Of a DNA stretch of 41,123 nt, positions 1-12,689 are shown piece by piece. The translations under genes and the position numbers were made by a program. Below the pieces are notes generated by a model. The model saw only the letters and a program-made list of their open reading frames with translations. It made no database searches and was not told the DNA's origin. The DNA lies in NCBI RefSeq assembly GCF_004010195.1, contig NC_057719.1, positions 17,425,150 to 17,466,272 of the forward strand, in the 5' to 3' direction. Every line of letters starts with the position of its first letter. Position 1 is the first letter of the stretch. The DNA comes from Chiloscyllium plagiosum. Taxonomy: Eukaryota.

Positions 1-265
1 GACAGGTTTGGGGCAGATGGAGTTGGGAGCAGGCAGGGGACAGACGGGGTTGAGGGCAGGTGGCGGGAGGAGGGGCAGACAGGGTGGGGGGCTCTCGCGG
101 GTGGCGTGCTACTACCTAGTCTCCTGAACGGGGAGCAGTCTTCACAGAAAACTCCGAGCCCCAGAGAAAATCAATTGACCGAATAATCAATTAACCAAAT
201 AATCAATTAACCGAAAAATCAAAGATGCCCACTCATCTCATTCGGATAATCAAGGTTCCTCTGTA
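1..265. mobile_element. Right end of a pogo/Tigger-like (Tc1-mariner superfamily) MITE; left end lies outside the window
   Basis: 241-265 TTCGGATAATCAAGGTTCCTCTG+TA, whose reverse complement TA-CAGAGGAACCTTGATTATCCGAA resembles Tigger-type TIRs with a TA target site. Subterminal repeats of AATCAATT(A/G)ACC(G/A)AA at ~169-222. G-rich interior. Confidence 0.55.
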
Positions 266-318
266 TGATGCTTAATAGGGACGTTCTATTTCCCATAAGA
301 ATTGCTTCACCAGAAAAG

Positions 319-1349
319 GGCCTGTGACTAGTGGAGTGCCACAAGGATCGGTGCTGGGTCCACTACTTTTCATCATTTACATAAATGATTTGGATGCGAG
401 CATAAGAGGTACAGTTAGTAAGTTTGCAGATAACACCAAAATTGGAGGTGTACTGGACAGCAAAGAAGGTTACCTCAGATTACAATGGTATCTTGATCAG
501 ATTGGCCAATGGGCTGAGGAGTGGCAGATGGAGTTTAATTTAGATAAATGCGAGGTTCTGCATCTTAAAAGGCAAATCTTAGTAGGACTTATACACTTAA
601 TGGGCAGGTCCTAGGGAGTGTTGCTGAACAAAGAGACCTTGGAGCGCAGGTTCAAAGCTCTTTGAAAGTGGAGTCGCAGGTAGATAGGATAGTGAAGAAG
701 GTGTTTGGTATGCTTTCCTTTATTGGACAAAGCATTGATTAAAGAAGTTGAGAGGTCATGTTGCAGCTGTACAGGACATTGGTTAGGCTACCTTTGGAAT
801 ATTGGGTGCAATTCTGGTCCCCTTCCTGTTGGAAAGATGTTGTGCAAGTTGAAAGAGTTCAGCAAAGATTTACAAGGATGTTGCCAGGGGGTGAAGGGTT
901 TGAGCCACATGGGGAGTTTGAATAGGCTGGGGCTATTTTCCCTGGAGCATTGGAGGCTGAGGGGTGACCTTATAGAGGTTTATAAAATCATGAAGGGCAC
1001 GGATAGGGTAAATAGACAAGGTCTTTTCCCTGGGGTGGGGGAGTCCACACTAGAGGGCATAAGTTTAGGGTGAGAGAGCAAAGATTTAAAAGAAACCCAA
1101 GGGACAACTTTTTCATGCAGAGGGTGGTGCATGTATGGAATGAGCTGCCAGAGGAAGTGGTGGAGGCTGATACAATTCCAACATTTAAAAGGCGTCTGGA
1201 TGGGTAGATGAATAGGAAGGGTTAGGAGGGATATTGGTCAAGTGCTGGCAAATGGGACTAGATTTTGTTGGGATATCTGGTCGGCATGAATGAGTTGGAC
1301 TGTAGGGTCTGTTTCCGTGCTGTCCACTTCTATGAATCTCTGACTCTAC
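319..1349 (+). mobile_element. CR1 (HER1-like) LINE, 5'-truncated: RT C-terminal part plus 3' UTR, disrupted
   Basis: ORF 324-614 reads SGVPQGSVLGPLLFIIYINDLD..SKFADNTKIGG..WQMEFNLDKCEVLH. Downstream LNRLGLFSLE..RLRGDLIEVYKIM is the CR1 C-terminal motif. Ends in a TCTATGA/TCTCTGACTCTA tail. Confidence 0.95.
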
Positions 1350-1480
1350 TGGCTGATTCTTCCTTTTTTTTTGATGAAGTGCTTTTGAGGTTTTGTCGTC
1401 ATGAGGCCAAACAAGATTTCTCACTGTTTCTTACTGAAATCACCTCATTAACAAACTAGGCCCATAGGCACTAGGCACTA

Positions 1481-1735
1481 GGCCTTGAATTTTATAATAC
1501 TTCAAATGTTCATTCAAGTACTATTTAAAGGTTATGAGATTACCCACCTTAACTACTGTCCCAGGCAGACCATTCTATGGGGGTCTTGGGTGAAAGTACT
1601 TGGATGAACACTTGAAATGTGATAACATTTAAGGCTATGTGGGAAAGTGGAAATAATGTAGCCAGTAGTATAATTTCTTTTGGCTGTATCGACTCAATGG
1701 GCCAAAGGCTGTCTTCCGCACTGTGATTCTATGTC
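1481..1735. mobile_element. Two decayed CR1 3'-UTR fragments in opposite orientation (- then +)
   Basis: 1482-1522 is an imperfect reverse complement of 1595-1635. The + piece ends ATGGGCCAAAGGC..CTGTGATTCTATG. Confidence 0.55.
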
Positions 1736-2050
1736 AGACATCATTTGTGGAGCAAGAAATGTGGGACGAGTGTTTGTTTTGGTGGTAGGACAAAGGGATC
1801 TTCTGTGGTATATGCTTCTATAGTTCAATGTCTGACAGCATCTGTGGAGACTGAAACTGAGTTAACTTTTCAGACATGCTGCATATGTGCAGTGCTCTCT
1901 TCTAGATGTCCAACATCTGAAGTATTTTGCCTCCATGTATGTAATATGGGCAGTTTCCCTGCATTTGCAACCCTCAGAGAAAATCCACTGAAGACATTGA
2001 ATCAGAGGGTTCTGCTTCTGTTCAGGTAGTAGTTACACAGACAGGTTGAG

Positions 2051-2703
2051 ATAGTCATTGGGTCATACAGCACAGAAACAGACCCCTCGGTCCAACACAC
2101 CCATGCCAACCAAGTTCCCCAAACTAAAACTAATCCCACTTGCTAGCATTTGGCCCACATCCTCTGAATCTTTCCTATTCATGTACCTGTCCAAATGTCT
2201 TTTAAATGTTGTAACTGTGCCTGCATCTACCGCTTCCTCTGGCAGATCAGTCTACACACAAACCACCCTCTGTGTGAAAACGTTGCCCCTCAGGTTCCCT
2301 TTTAAACTTTTAAAAATATGCCCTCCTAGTTTTGAATTTTTTTCCCAAGGGAACAGACGTTTGCTATTCACCTTATCTATAACCCTCATGATTTTATAAA
2401 CCTCTAAAGGGTCACCCCTCAACTCTTACACTCCAGTCCAAAATTCCCCCGCCTATCCAGTATACCCTTCTAATTCAAATCCTCCAGTCCTGGCAACAAT
2501 CTGGTAAATCTTCTTCTGAACCCTCTCTAGCTTAATAACATCCTTCTGAAAGCAGGGTGACCAGAACTGGACACGATGCTCTTAATATGGCCTCACAACT
2601 TCCTGTACAACCTCAACATGTCATCCCAACTCCTATACTCAGTGGTCTGAGCAATGAAGGCAAGCGTGCTAAATGCCTTCTTAACCTCCCTGTCTACCTG
2701 TGA
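2051..2703 (-). mobile_element. CR1 LINE 3' fragment
   Basis: Reverse complement of the CR1 3' region (CATGATTTTATAAACCTCTAAAGGGTCACCCCTC; tail ATAGTCATTGGGTCATACAGC). Confidence 0.9.
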
Positions 2704-3529
2704 AAGTCTAACTTACAGTAACTATTAATTTGATGATTCTCCACCTCCAACTTACCACTCTAACCCTTATACCCTTATACCCTTGGACCCAACCTGATTC
2801 TACATCCCATGGAATCTGACACTCATTTCTGCCAATAAATACCCAGAATCTGACAGCCCTGCCACCACACACCCCTTCCCCCTCCCTCCAATCTACCCTG
2901 ATATCAATTCATCTCACCAATACTGACACCACCTCTCCTACACCGCAGCCAGTCCTGACACACCACTGTGCCAGCCTCAAAACATCCCTTGCCTGTGGCC
3001 TCAACCCTCAGGACCCGGCACTGCTACCAACACCCTGACCCTTGCTGGCCCCAGCACCCATCTCTGCCAGCTTCGATGTCTCCAAGGCCTACCCTGAGCA
3101 CTTTATCAAGATCTGGCACTATACCCACCAGGCGCCCTAATTCCTTCACCAACTGCCCCTCTAACTCCATGCTTATCTTACAACTGAGCGTTTCATGGGA
3201 GTTCTCAGTGTGTCTGGCCGTGGTGTTGAACATTTAAGTCTCAGCACATGGCATACTGACTGTTACAAAAGGTTGCATGATTTGACTTCCCTCATCTAGC
3301 CTGCATCACAAGGGAACCACATGGATTTGAGTTACATGCCATATTTCTGAGGGAGCTGGGACCAGAATTCCCAGGTCAGCAGTAGTAGTTAAAGAAATGC
3401 AGCAGAGTAGCAATCTGACTGTGATTGCCACTCCTTAGAAAATTCAGGGAATTACTGGTGTTTCCACATCCTAACCACCCATCTGGCATGAACCAATCCA
3501 AGGAGATGTTGTAGGCCATTTAGCACCAG

Positions 3530-3695
3530 ACTGAAGGGAAATGACTTCACCCAGAGAGTTCTGAGCCTGTGGAATTCTCTCACAGAAAGCAGTTGAGGCC
3601 AAAACATTGAATGTTTTCCAAAGGAGATCAACCTAGTTTTTAGGGCTAATGGGATCAAATGGTATGGAGAGAAAGTGGGAACAGTGGACAGAGTA
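3530..3695 (+). mobile_element. CR1 3' fragment
   Basis: TTCACCCAGAGAGTT..CTGTGGAATTCTCT..GGGATCAAATGGTATGGAGAGAAAG, typical of CR1 3' ends. Confidence 0.75.
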
Positions 3696-4678
3696 TTTCT
3701 ATGAAATAACTATATATAATTGACCTATTCATCTGAAGCATAGGTCAACTCAAGACCAAACAAACTTCACACGCTTGCCTTTAATTCTTTAAAGCATGTC
3801 CGGAACCCTCTACACATTGACAAGCTACAACACCCAGCAATATAGCATGCCTTCAAGACGATGTTATGGGCCTCATTGTTCTTGACAGATTGATTTTATT
3901 GCAAATTTGAGACTTAATTCATGACGTGACTAGAAACACGTTGGGTTCATGTGCACCCTTTGAGCTTGTAAGATTTCTCTGCTGAAACTGCATATATAAC
4001 AAAGAATGTGTGGGACAGACCTTCTTTTTCCAACTGCGAGTGTTTCAATTTCTGATACTTTTAATATACTGCAATACATCCTGGAAAATCAGAACCGAGT
4101 GAAGTCTGTCGTATTTCTGCAAACCTATAGCACGCTGTTTACTCAGGGTTTCAAAGCTGAAGTTTGATTTGTGTTCCCCATTAATAAGAGGGGAACCAGT
4201 TTAAAGAAGCTCTTCATGTTACCTTTACCAAATTGTTCAAACTGAACTTGACCGCCTGCTCTCATCTCCCAAATGGATACTGTTTTATAGCTTGGGGTTT
4301 GTTGAGCAGTGCTGGCTTCTAACATCTCATTCATAACAATGTTTTCAATCTAATGAATATTAATAAGATCCGTAAAGTTAATCAAACACCATTAATCTCT
4401 TATCTTTTTTACAACACCAGCATCTAATAGCCCAGGTGATGAACAGTCAACTGTATCATCACACATCAGGCAACACAGAAAATAGCCAAGCGCCCATCCT
4501 TATTACTAGCCCTGTTCACAAAAAAAATCAAAAAGAAAAACTGATCCCCCAGTAGGTTTAGAATTTGTTGGAGAAAAATTGGGAATATGTTGGAGGAATG
4601 AGATCAATTTTCATCAGGAAAACAGAGACTGCATCTCGACTTCTGAGTCAGCAATAATGGCCACACTTGTGCAGTCAG

Positions 4679-5013
4679 TGGCATGGTGGCTCAGTGGTTG
4701 GCACTGCTGCCTCACAGTGCCAGGGACCCAGGTTCGATTCCACCCACATGTGAATGCCTGTGCGGAGTTTGCACATTCTCACCATGTCTGTGTGGGTTTC
4801 CTCCGGGTGCTCTGGTTTGGTCCCACGGTCCGTAATTGAGCAGTTTAGGTGGATTGGCCATGCTACATTGCCCATAGTGTCCAGAGATGTACAGGCTGAG
4901 TGGCAGGGCCACAGAGATAGGAGTTTGGATCTGGGTGGGATGCTCTTCGTTGAGTTGGTGTGGACTTGATAGGCTAAATGGCCTGCCTCCATACTATAGA
5001 GATTCTGTGATTC
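4679..5013 (+). mobile_element. HE1-type tRNA-derived SINE
   Basis: Pol III A box TGGCTCAGTGG and B box GGTTCGATTC, core GAGTTTGCACATTCTC..GTGGGTTTCCTCCGGGTGCTC, and a CR1-like tail. Confidence 0.9.
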
Positions 5014-5052
5014 AGTCATGTCAAGTGGAGTTGTAAATACATTGACAAGCTC

Positions 5053-5290
5053 TAGAATCATACAGTACTGAGGAGATCCTTCAGTCTATGAAGTCTGTAC
5101 CAGCAAAACCATACCACCACCCACATCAGGCACCATAGTGTTGAATGTCATGACACTGCAAATGTTCATCCATGTTCTTTTTAAAGATTGTGAGGTTACA
5201 CACCTCAATGACCCTCCTGGGTACTGCATTCCAGACCCTCACACCCTCTGAGTGAAAACAGCTTCCCTCAAATCCCTTTAAACCCCTAGC
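5053..5290 (-). mobile_element. Decayed CR1 3' end
   Basis: TAGAATCATACAGTACTGAGGAG..GCATTCCAGACCCTCAC matches the reverse complement of a CR1 tail. Confidence 0.65.
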
Positions 5291-5385
5291 TGTTCACAGA
5301 ACCAGGGGCCACTGTTTAAAACCAAGGGGTCAGCATTTTAAGGTCGAGATAAATAGGATTTGTTTCTTTAGATTTTTTTTTTGAA

Positions 5386-5691
5386 TTAGATTACTTACAG
5401 TGTGGAAACAGGCCCTTCGGCCCAACAAGTCCACACCGACCCGCCGAAGTGCAGCCCACCCATACCCCTACATTTACCCCTTACCTAACACTACGGGCAA
5501 TTTAGCATGGCCAATTCACCTGACCTGCACATCTTTGGACTGTAGGAGGAAACTGGAGCACCCGGAGGAAACCCTCGCAGACACGGGGAGAATGTGCAAA
5601 CTCCACACAGTCAGTAGCCTGAGGCGGGAATTGAACCTGGTCTCTGGCACTGTGAGGCAGCAGTGCTAACCATTGTGCCACCGTGCTGCCC
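5386..5691 (-). mobile_element. HE1-type SINE, young copy, inserted in a CR1 fragment (5300-5840)
   Basis: Near-identical reverse complement of the copy at 39055-39360, with A/B boxes on the minus strand. Confidence 0.95.
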
Positions 5692-5859
5692 ACTGTCAGA
5701 GGTTTCTGTCAGAGGTTTACAAATCTTTGGAACATTTTTCCTCAAAAGGCAATGGGGCAGAATCGTTGAGGAATAGATCGATTAGTGAAAAGCAAAAGAT
5801 GAAAAATTATCGTAGGTAAGAAGGAATGTGGAGTTAATGTTAATGTGAGAGTATCAAAG

Positions 5860-6285
5860 TGTGAGGGGCAACTTGATATAAAATTATGAGAGATTTGGAT
5901 ACAGTGGATAGTCAGAGTCTTTTTCTCAGGATAGAAATGTCAAGTACTAGGTTTAAGGTGAGAAGGGGAAAGTTTAAAGAAGATATGTGAGGAAAGGTTT
6001 TTACATAGTGGATAATTTGTGCCTGGAACACATTGCCAGGGAACATGGTAGAAGTAGATACATTAGCAAAGTTTCAGAGGCATTTAGACAGACATCAGGG
6101 AGTGGAGGGATATGGACCATGTGCAAGCTGATGGGAATTAGTTTAGAATTGTATCATGGTCTGCACAGGTATGATGGGCTGAAGGGCCTGTTTTTGTGCT
6201 GTGCTGTGCTGTTCTATAAATGGTGGAGCAGGGTTAAGAGGCCAAGTGGCCTAATCTTGCTCCTAATTCATATATTCCTATGAAG
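5860..6285 (+). mobile_element. CR1 3' fragments
   Basis: TATAAAATTATGAGAG..GGTTTAAGGTGAGAAGGGGAAAGTTTAAA..GATGGGCTGAAGGGCCTG..GTTCTAT. Confidence 0.8.
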
Positions 6286-6599
6286 CTTCATTGTCTGCAT
6301 CTGTTTCCTTGACAACCATTAACACCTATAAAGCTTGGAGAGACAAGCAAGGCATGTAAATTTCTTTGAATTGATTTGTTTCACACCTGTTCAGCAAAAT
6401 CCAAATTTGATCTAGTTGAGAATGGTTAAAATCTGTCACTCATGAGCTGTGCCATTTTCTATATTGCCCCATCACACCTAATAAGTTTAATGGAAGATAT
6501 ACTTTTTGTCATCAATTGTTGTCTAGTTTGATTTTTCTTTTAATGGGAATGTTCAAAGTTTTACATTCCATTTTCCCAGGTAGTCTAATGGTGAAACTA

Positions 6600-7300
6600 T
6601 CAGAACCTGGGAACATATTCAATGGCATTTCCATCACTGAATCCCCCATAATCAACCTCGTGAAGTTACCATTGATCAGAAACTGAATTGTGCTCGCCAT
6701 ATAAATACAAGGAAATAAGAACAGGACAGAGGGTAGGAATCCTCCAGCGAGTAACTCACCTCTGGTTATCCCAAAGCCTATTCATCATCTACAAGGCACA
6801 AGAATGTGATGGAATACCCCCCATTTGCCTGGATGGGTGCAGCTCCAAATAGATTCAAGAAGCTTGACACCACACAGAACAAAAGAGCCCACTTGGTTGA
6901 TACCACACCCTCATACATTCATTCCTTCTACTACCAATGCTCAATGGCAGCAGTATGTGCCATTTATAGCACTGCAGAAATTTACCAAGACCTTTTAGGG
7001 AGTATCTTCCAAACCTATGACCATTAACATCTGGAAGGGCAAGGGTAGCAGATACATGGGAACACCACCACTGGCAAATTTCTCTTCAAACCACAACCAT
7101 ACTAACTTGGAAATATATGCTATTCTTTCAATGTCACTGCGTCAAAATCATGAAATTCCCTCCCTAACACAGTTGTGGGGGTAATCCAACAGCAAACAGC
7201 AGTTCAAGAAGGCAGCTCATAACAACCTTCTGAAGGGCAATGAGGGACGGGCAATAAATGTTGGCAAGGCCAGTGATGCCCAAATCCCATCTATGACTAA
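6600..7300 (+). mobile_element. Second LINE family (CR1/L2-group, here 'family B'), 3' part
   Basis: MEYPPFAWMGAAP..KKLDT remnant. Tail GTTCAAGAAGGCAGCTCA..GGGCAATAAATG..GATGCCCA is shared with 29903-30920, and the internal part with 38712-39392. Confidence 0.8.
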
Positions 7301-7754
7301 AAGAAGAAACAATACTCTAGATGTAGTCTCACCAAATATTCGGTACAATTGCAGCTTTTAGTTATATACTGGCTATTTCTTTCAATGAAGAGCATTTCTG
7401 TTCCTAATCAAGTTTTGCATCTACACTATGGTTTCAGTAACTCATGAGCTAGGACACCAACACTTCCTAACCTCTCAATCTTCCCAGCACTTGAATGACA
7501 TAGGCATTAATGAGAAAGTTGGGAGAATCATGAAATTGGTAGTGAGGAGCTTCCTGCTGTCAAGAACAAAACATCCCAACCAGGCGTTGAATGGTGAGAT
7601 GAGACTCTATCGCATGAGTGAGTTCTATTTACAAAAGAGTGCATGATGATCCTCATTGCGAATCATTTCACCTCATTGATATGCAATTTCTTATTCTCCC
7701 AACCACCATACAGATACTAGGCAGGGACAATCCTGACATGAGAGTCAGTGCCAT

Positions 7755-8400
7755 AAGTTGTCAAGTCGAGCTTGCTATTTACTGTTCCTAATCTCTATTA
7801 GCCACCAAAAAGAGAGGGCACATTTTCTTCCTTTTAACCAATTCTTAATCTATGCAAGTATATCACCCCCAATACTCCTCAAAACCTTTCTGGAAATCCA
7901 AATACATCACATCCACCAGTTCTCCTTTATTTATGATACAAATCCACATACTTTTCCAGAATCGAAAAAGTTTGAACAATATCCACTTTCTTTATTGCCA
8001 CCATCATCAAAACTCTGGGCTGTAACTTAACTGATCCAGGAAATTTATCAGCCTCTCAAGTTAATTTCTGACATTCATTTCTCTCAGTTCCTCAGCTACA
8101 TATGTTCTCTAGTCACATCGTGTTCCTGAGGAGATTTTCTGTACTTTGTTCTGTGAAGGCTAACACAAAGTAACCTGTTTAGTTTCTTGTGCTATTCTCT
8201 ATTCTCCACCTTTAATGGACCTTCATGTGGCCCAGCTAATCCTTTTCTTTGTATACACCCAAAGAAGCTTTTACAGTCCACCATTACATTTTTTGCCAGC
8301 TTGCATTCATAATTCTCTTTTCTATTTGTCAGTTTTTTGCTCATCTTTTGCAGAGTTCTAAATTATCCTCAATTATTCTCTTACCATGTTTTCTACCATC
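7755..8400 (-). mobile_element. Old decayed CR1-like ORF2 fragment
   Basis: Pyrimidine-rich, with patches such as AATACATCACATCCAC and CTGTGAAGGCTAACACAAAGTAA resembling antisense CR1 ORF2. Confidence 0.5.
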
Positions 8401-8526
8401 CTCGTAAACCATCTTTGATCCAAAATTTGAATAGAAACTGGATCAACACGTAATGGAAATAGACCTCCTTTGATCCGAAGTTTGAGAAGAAATTGGATCA
8501 GCATGTGATGATAATATACATGTAGG

Positions 8527-8641
8527 AGGAGAAAGTGAGGTCTCATCTCACCTGAAGAAGGGCTTATGCCCGAAACGCCGATTCTCCTGTTCCCTGGATG
8601 CTGCCTGACCTGCTGCGCTTTTCCAGCAACACATTTTCAGC
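8527..8641 (+). mobile_element. Penelope-like terminal-repeat mini-insertion with hammerhead-like core, 15-bp TSD
   Basis: Flanked by perfect TAATATACATGTAGG (8512-8526 and 8642-8656). Contains CTGAAGA-A-GGGC-TTAT-GCCC-GAAACGCC (from 8552). Homologous to 16189-16320 and 31401-31530. Confidence 0.8.
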
Positions 8642-9571
8642 TAATATACATGTAGGCTGAGTGAGGGAAATAATTTGTTGTACAGAATTGGGTGCAATGG
8701 GCTGAAAGGCCTTTTTGTGTATAAATGACTGTACAAAATGTTTCATAATCATTTAGAAGCCCTTTTTATAATCAATGGAAGGTCACATTAAAAGTAGCAA
8801 CTAATGGAAACTCTGAATTTTTTGTAAATTGTTGTAAAATATACCTTTCCTCTACAAAACCTGCACTTGTCGGATATCAGAAAACTGATTAATGGATACA
8901 ATAAATATTAATGACTGCACAACTTTAGATATTAAATGGAGTGATTATGCTTGAAACACATATAGTGGGATGATTCCACTGTAGTACATCTGCTCCACAG
9001 TATCAGAATTAATTTTGTCTACCTGTTTTGACCCTTCATCAACCCCGCCTGTACTCCTGCTGAGTCCTCAGGTTTAAATATAACGTTTTCAATCTCTGGG
9101 GGGAACCATCATTTTTATTTTTCTAATTCACCACAGAATTGCTGAGCGGATATTAGTTAAAAGACACAATTCAGCAAGCAGCTCCATAGGGTCCAGTGCA
9201 GATTCACTTTTTTTTTCTGGTCTTGTATGGCAACTGTGAACTAAGTGTGCCTGGAAATGTCGTTATCGGCTAAGCTTTGGCTTAAAATAAAACAGCAGCA
9301 TATCTGAATAGAAAGATAAGATAGCTAAAAATCAAAAATAAGGAAAGTGGTTAGAAAATTGCAATTGTAAATTTAGTTATTATTACAAATTATGACCAAT
9401 TATTATTAGCTATCAATAATATCCACCCTCCTTTAATGACAATAGTGCCACAAACCTGTAAAGTGAGTGACTATAAATATGAAACACCATATTTGTTTAC
9501 TGATCTTCATGTTCGTTTGATTTGCAAAGATCTTTTACAGCCTTTGCAGTCCAATGTTCGGCAAACTATAC

Positions 9572-10090
9572 CAACAACAACAATAAACTGCATTTATGTA
9601 ATGTGTTAATTGGTTGTCCCAAGGCATTTCATGGGATGTTGTCAAATGAAATTGGATTACATGAGGAGATGTTAGGACAGTGACTAAAAGCTTGATCAGA
9701 TATAGGCTTCAGGGAACAACACAAAGGTAGAGACAGGCCTAATGGGTGAAGACATGGCTATCAATGATGGACTAATGGAATAAGGCATGTTCAAGAGACC
9801 AGAATAAAAGGAATGCACAAAACTTGGAGATTTGTAGAGCTGGAGTATATTACAGAAATAAAGGAAGTGAAGGGGGCTGATGGAATGGAGTCAATGGAAA
9901 TATTTCAAAAGGGATTGACCATTATGACATAATGCTAGTTAGGAATTCTGATATTCAAGTTTACAAAGTTACAAGGTGCAGTGTGTGAGATGGGCCTGGA
10001 TTATATTAGAATAGTGGGTCTAGAGTTAATTAAGGCATGGATGAAATTTCAGGAACAGAGTTAAGGTGAAAATAAGTAATGTTATGAACA
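9572..10090 (-). mobile_element. Decayed L2-like LINE 3' end
   Basis: Starts with (CAA)n, then CTGCATTTAT..GTCCCAAGGCATTTCA..AAAAGCTTGATCA. Similar to 15297-15720. Confidence 0.55.
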
Positions 10091-10416
10091 CAGGATTAGT
10101 CAAAAAAACACACTGGGATGAATTTATCCCTTCGAGACAGCATCAAGAATCATTTCCGATGTCATATTCCCCTGGTTCAACTAAAAGACTCTCACATAGT
10201 AAGCAAGATGCAGTTTATTGCATCTTTCTAGCTTTTTACATATTACAAGGATATGGCATGCCTTATAACAGAGACTGTTTAGAAAGAAATGGTCATCCTG
10301 CAAGGTGCTGAGTTACTCTCCCCACCAGTCCTCATGGTGTCATCACAATAGCTGCTCTTTTTGGTACTCTGACACTCAAACAGTATTAACTCTTTAAGAT
10401 GCTTTCAAATCCATTC

Positions 10417-10961
10417 CTAACATCCCATCCAAGCTTTTTTCCTCATTATATTATATTTTTGTTTATTTAATGACATTGACCACAACCATATCTCCCCACA
10501 AATCTTTAACTTTACAAATTCAGGAAACCTCCAAATTTTACTATTCTCCGCAGTCATGTTCTCTTCTGACTTGGATAATGGGGATTTGTTGGGAAGTAGC
10601 TGGTTGTCTTGCACTGTCATCCTGATGACCTGAAGTCTATTGTTCTCTCTGAACTGGAGAACCTTTAATCCCTTGGGTTTCTTTCAAGGAGGATGTTGTC
10701 CTTGCTAGAGCAGGCTGTGTTTTCTTTACTTATTTTGAATCTTTGATCAAAGCTGATGTCTATGGGTGGTAGCTTCCATGGAGTTGTGTTCACCAGATCT
10801 TCAATCTGTGTTGGGGATTTGCGCTGAGGTCAAACAACTACTTACTGATTAGTTTGGACTTTCTCAATCACCTTTCATGATTGAATTTTTGGCAAAACCA
10901 ATTTGTTCACATTCTCAAATGTGCTAACTGAAGACTCCTTCTTACTTGATGCCATATCCAT
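10417..10961 (-). pseudogene. Possible decayed coding relic of unknown origin
   Basis: Minus-strand frame reads MDMASSKKESSVSTFENVNKLVLPKIQS*KVIEKVQTNQ*VVV*PQRKSPTQIEDLVNTTPWKLPPIDISFDQRFK. A shifted frame continues as listed ORF 10417-10620. No family recognised. Confidence 0.25.
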
Positions 10962-12453
10962 TCTGTTTGTTCTTTGAAAGGTAGGGACACGACTAAGTCT
11001 ACTTAAATTTATCTTTTTTGTGGCTTAGGTTTGCCTGCAATTAAAGTATTAACTGTTTATATAAAATACAATGCAACTACTTCAGTGATGAACATTACAT
11101 TCTAGTTCATCGCAATGTATTGTGGATTGGTGGGAGAAGAGTGAACTCTTCAAAATGCAGTGGTAACATACTTGAGCCTTGAAAGGGTTTCCCATTGCTA
11201 ACCATTGCCTTTAAGTACAAATGTAAAACCGAGCTGATCTGAATCAGCACACTTTATAATTGAACAGTAGAAAGCCTGTGACTACCTATTCTGTATAAGG
11301 ATGTAGAAATTGCTTATGGCCCACTTCCAGGCAGGAGATATAAGATCAAAATTGGTCTTTGGGCCGCATTTTCATTATGTTGTTTAACCACCCAAACGGG
11401 AAAGTCTTGGATCTTGGACCATTCATCAGCATCTTATTTCAGCAAGTGGACCAGAAACGAGAGTTAGTCCCATCATTTACATTTGAAAGAGAGCTCATGC
11501 CAAAGTTGGCTGCCAGGAAGCTCTGATTTACGAGCCTAATTAATTTAGCTGTGGTCCGAACACACACCCAAAGGGGTCCATTGCAAAATGTGCCATGGTT
11601 GAGTTCATTCCAAAATCAAAAAGGTGTGAAACATACACTATTGTCTGTTGCATAGAGTTGTAAATTTGCAAATGTGACTGGAGGCCATATCTATCTAATC
11701 AAAAATCTTTTGCATAGCTGTGTCATTCATCAAGTTTGCCAGTAGAAAAATAAATCAGGTGCCACACTTTTCTCAATGTATCAAATACAAATCCTGCTTC
11801 ACTGAATTATTTGTCAGAGGTCCCCAAGAAATCCACTAAAACAACATCTTGAAAGGCTGCAGTTCTAAGTAATTGTTCTATTGTATTTCTTTTTTGTGCT
11901 GTGGCTTTATTTCTGACACAAAACATGTTTAGCTAAATCCCTAACATTTTCAAGATAAGGAATACCTAATATGAAATTATTAAACACTCTTACAAAAAAT
12001 GCCATTTACCAATGCTATGACATTACCGCCCCATTCCTATCTGCATCTTGGGCTGTAGCCTTAACTTCCCCTTATGTCTCAACTTACAAATTTTTCCTAT
12101 GTGACCTACTGTCTGTTCTGCGATAATGCAACAGTTCCATTCCCATGTGATCCTGTGTTATAATACTGGCAGCACCACTTAACCCAATGGGACCAGAATC
12201 ACATTATACCCCATACAGGTAAGAAACATTCACATTCTACAAATAATGGTCGAAGTTCTTCAATCACGTTAAAGTCAATTTGCTTTGAAGAAACACACAC
12301 TATAGCAGAAATGACTGTATTTATTTCCTATGGAGTTGGACCGAATCATTCCTGCTCATGGACTCACGCATTTGTCCAATGTCTGGAGACCTTTCTACGG
12401 TTCCACTGAAAAATTTTCATCCTTGTTTTCGAACCTCTCCAGGATCTCAGACA

Positions 12454-12655
12454 TCCAAAGATGTGTAGGTTCGGCGGATGCTAAATTGCCCATAGTGTAC
12501 AGGGATGTGCAGGCTAGGTGGATTAGCCGTGGGAAAAATGCAGGCTTATAGAAATAGTGAAAGCGGGGTGGGTCTAGGGGGGATGGTCTTCGGAGAGTTG
12601 GTCTGGACTCAATGGGCCAAATGGCCTGTTTCCATGCTGTGGGGATTCTATGATT
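12454..12655 (+). mobile_element. HE1-type SINE, 5'-truncated
   Basis: TCCAAAGATGTG..GCTAAATTGCCCATAGTG..ATGGGCCAAATGGCCTGTTTCC..GATTCTATGATT. Confidence 0.85.
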
Positions 12656-12689
12656 GTCAGCCCTCACTGCCCATGCAAACTCCTCCAGG

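Noticed and set aside
4679..4750. tRNA genes at SINE heads
   Set aside because: A/B boxes continue into the SINE core and LINE-like tail, and no full cloverleaf is evident.
5693..5718. 13-bp tandem CTGTCAGAGGTTT as the SINE TSD
   Set aside because: Both copies lie on the same side of the SINE, so it is a local duplication rather than a TSD.
12135..12224. Possible 84-bp exon ending CAG/GTAAGA
   Set aside because: All three frames contain stops and the acceptor is weak.
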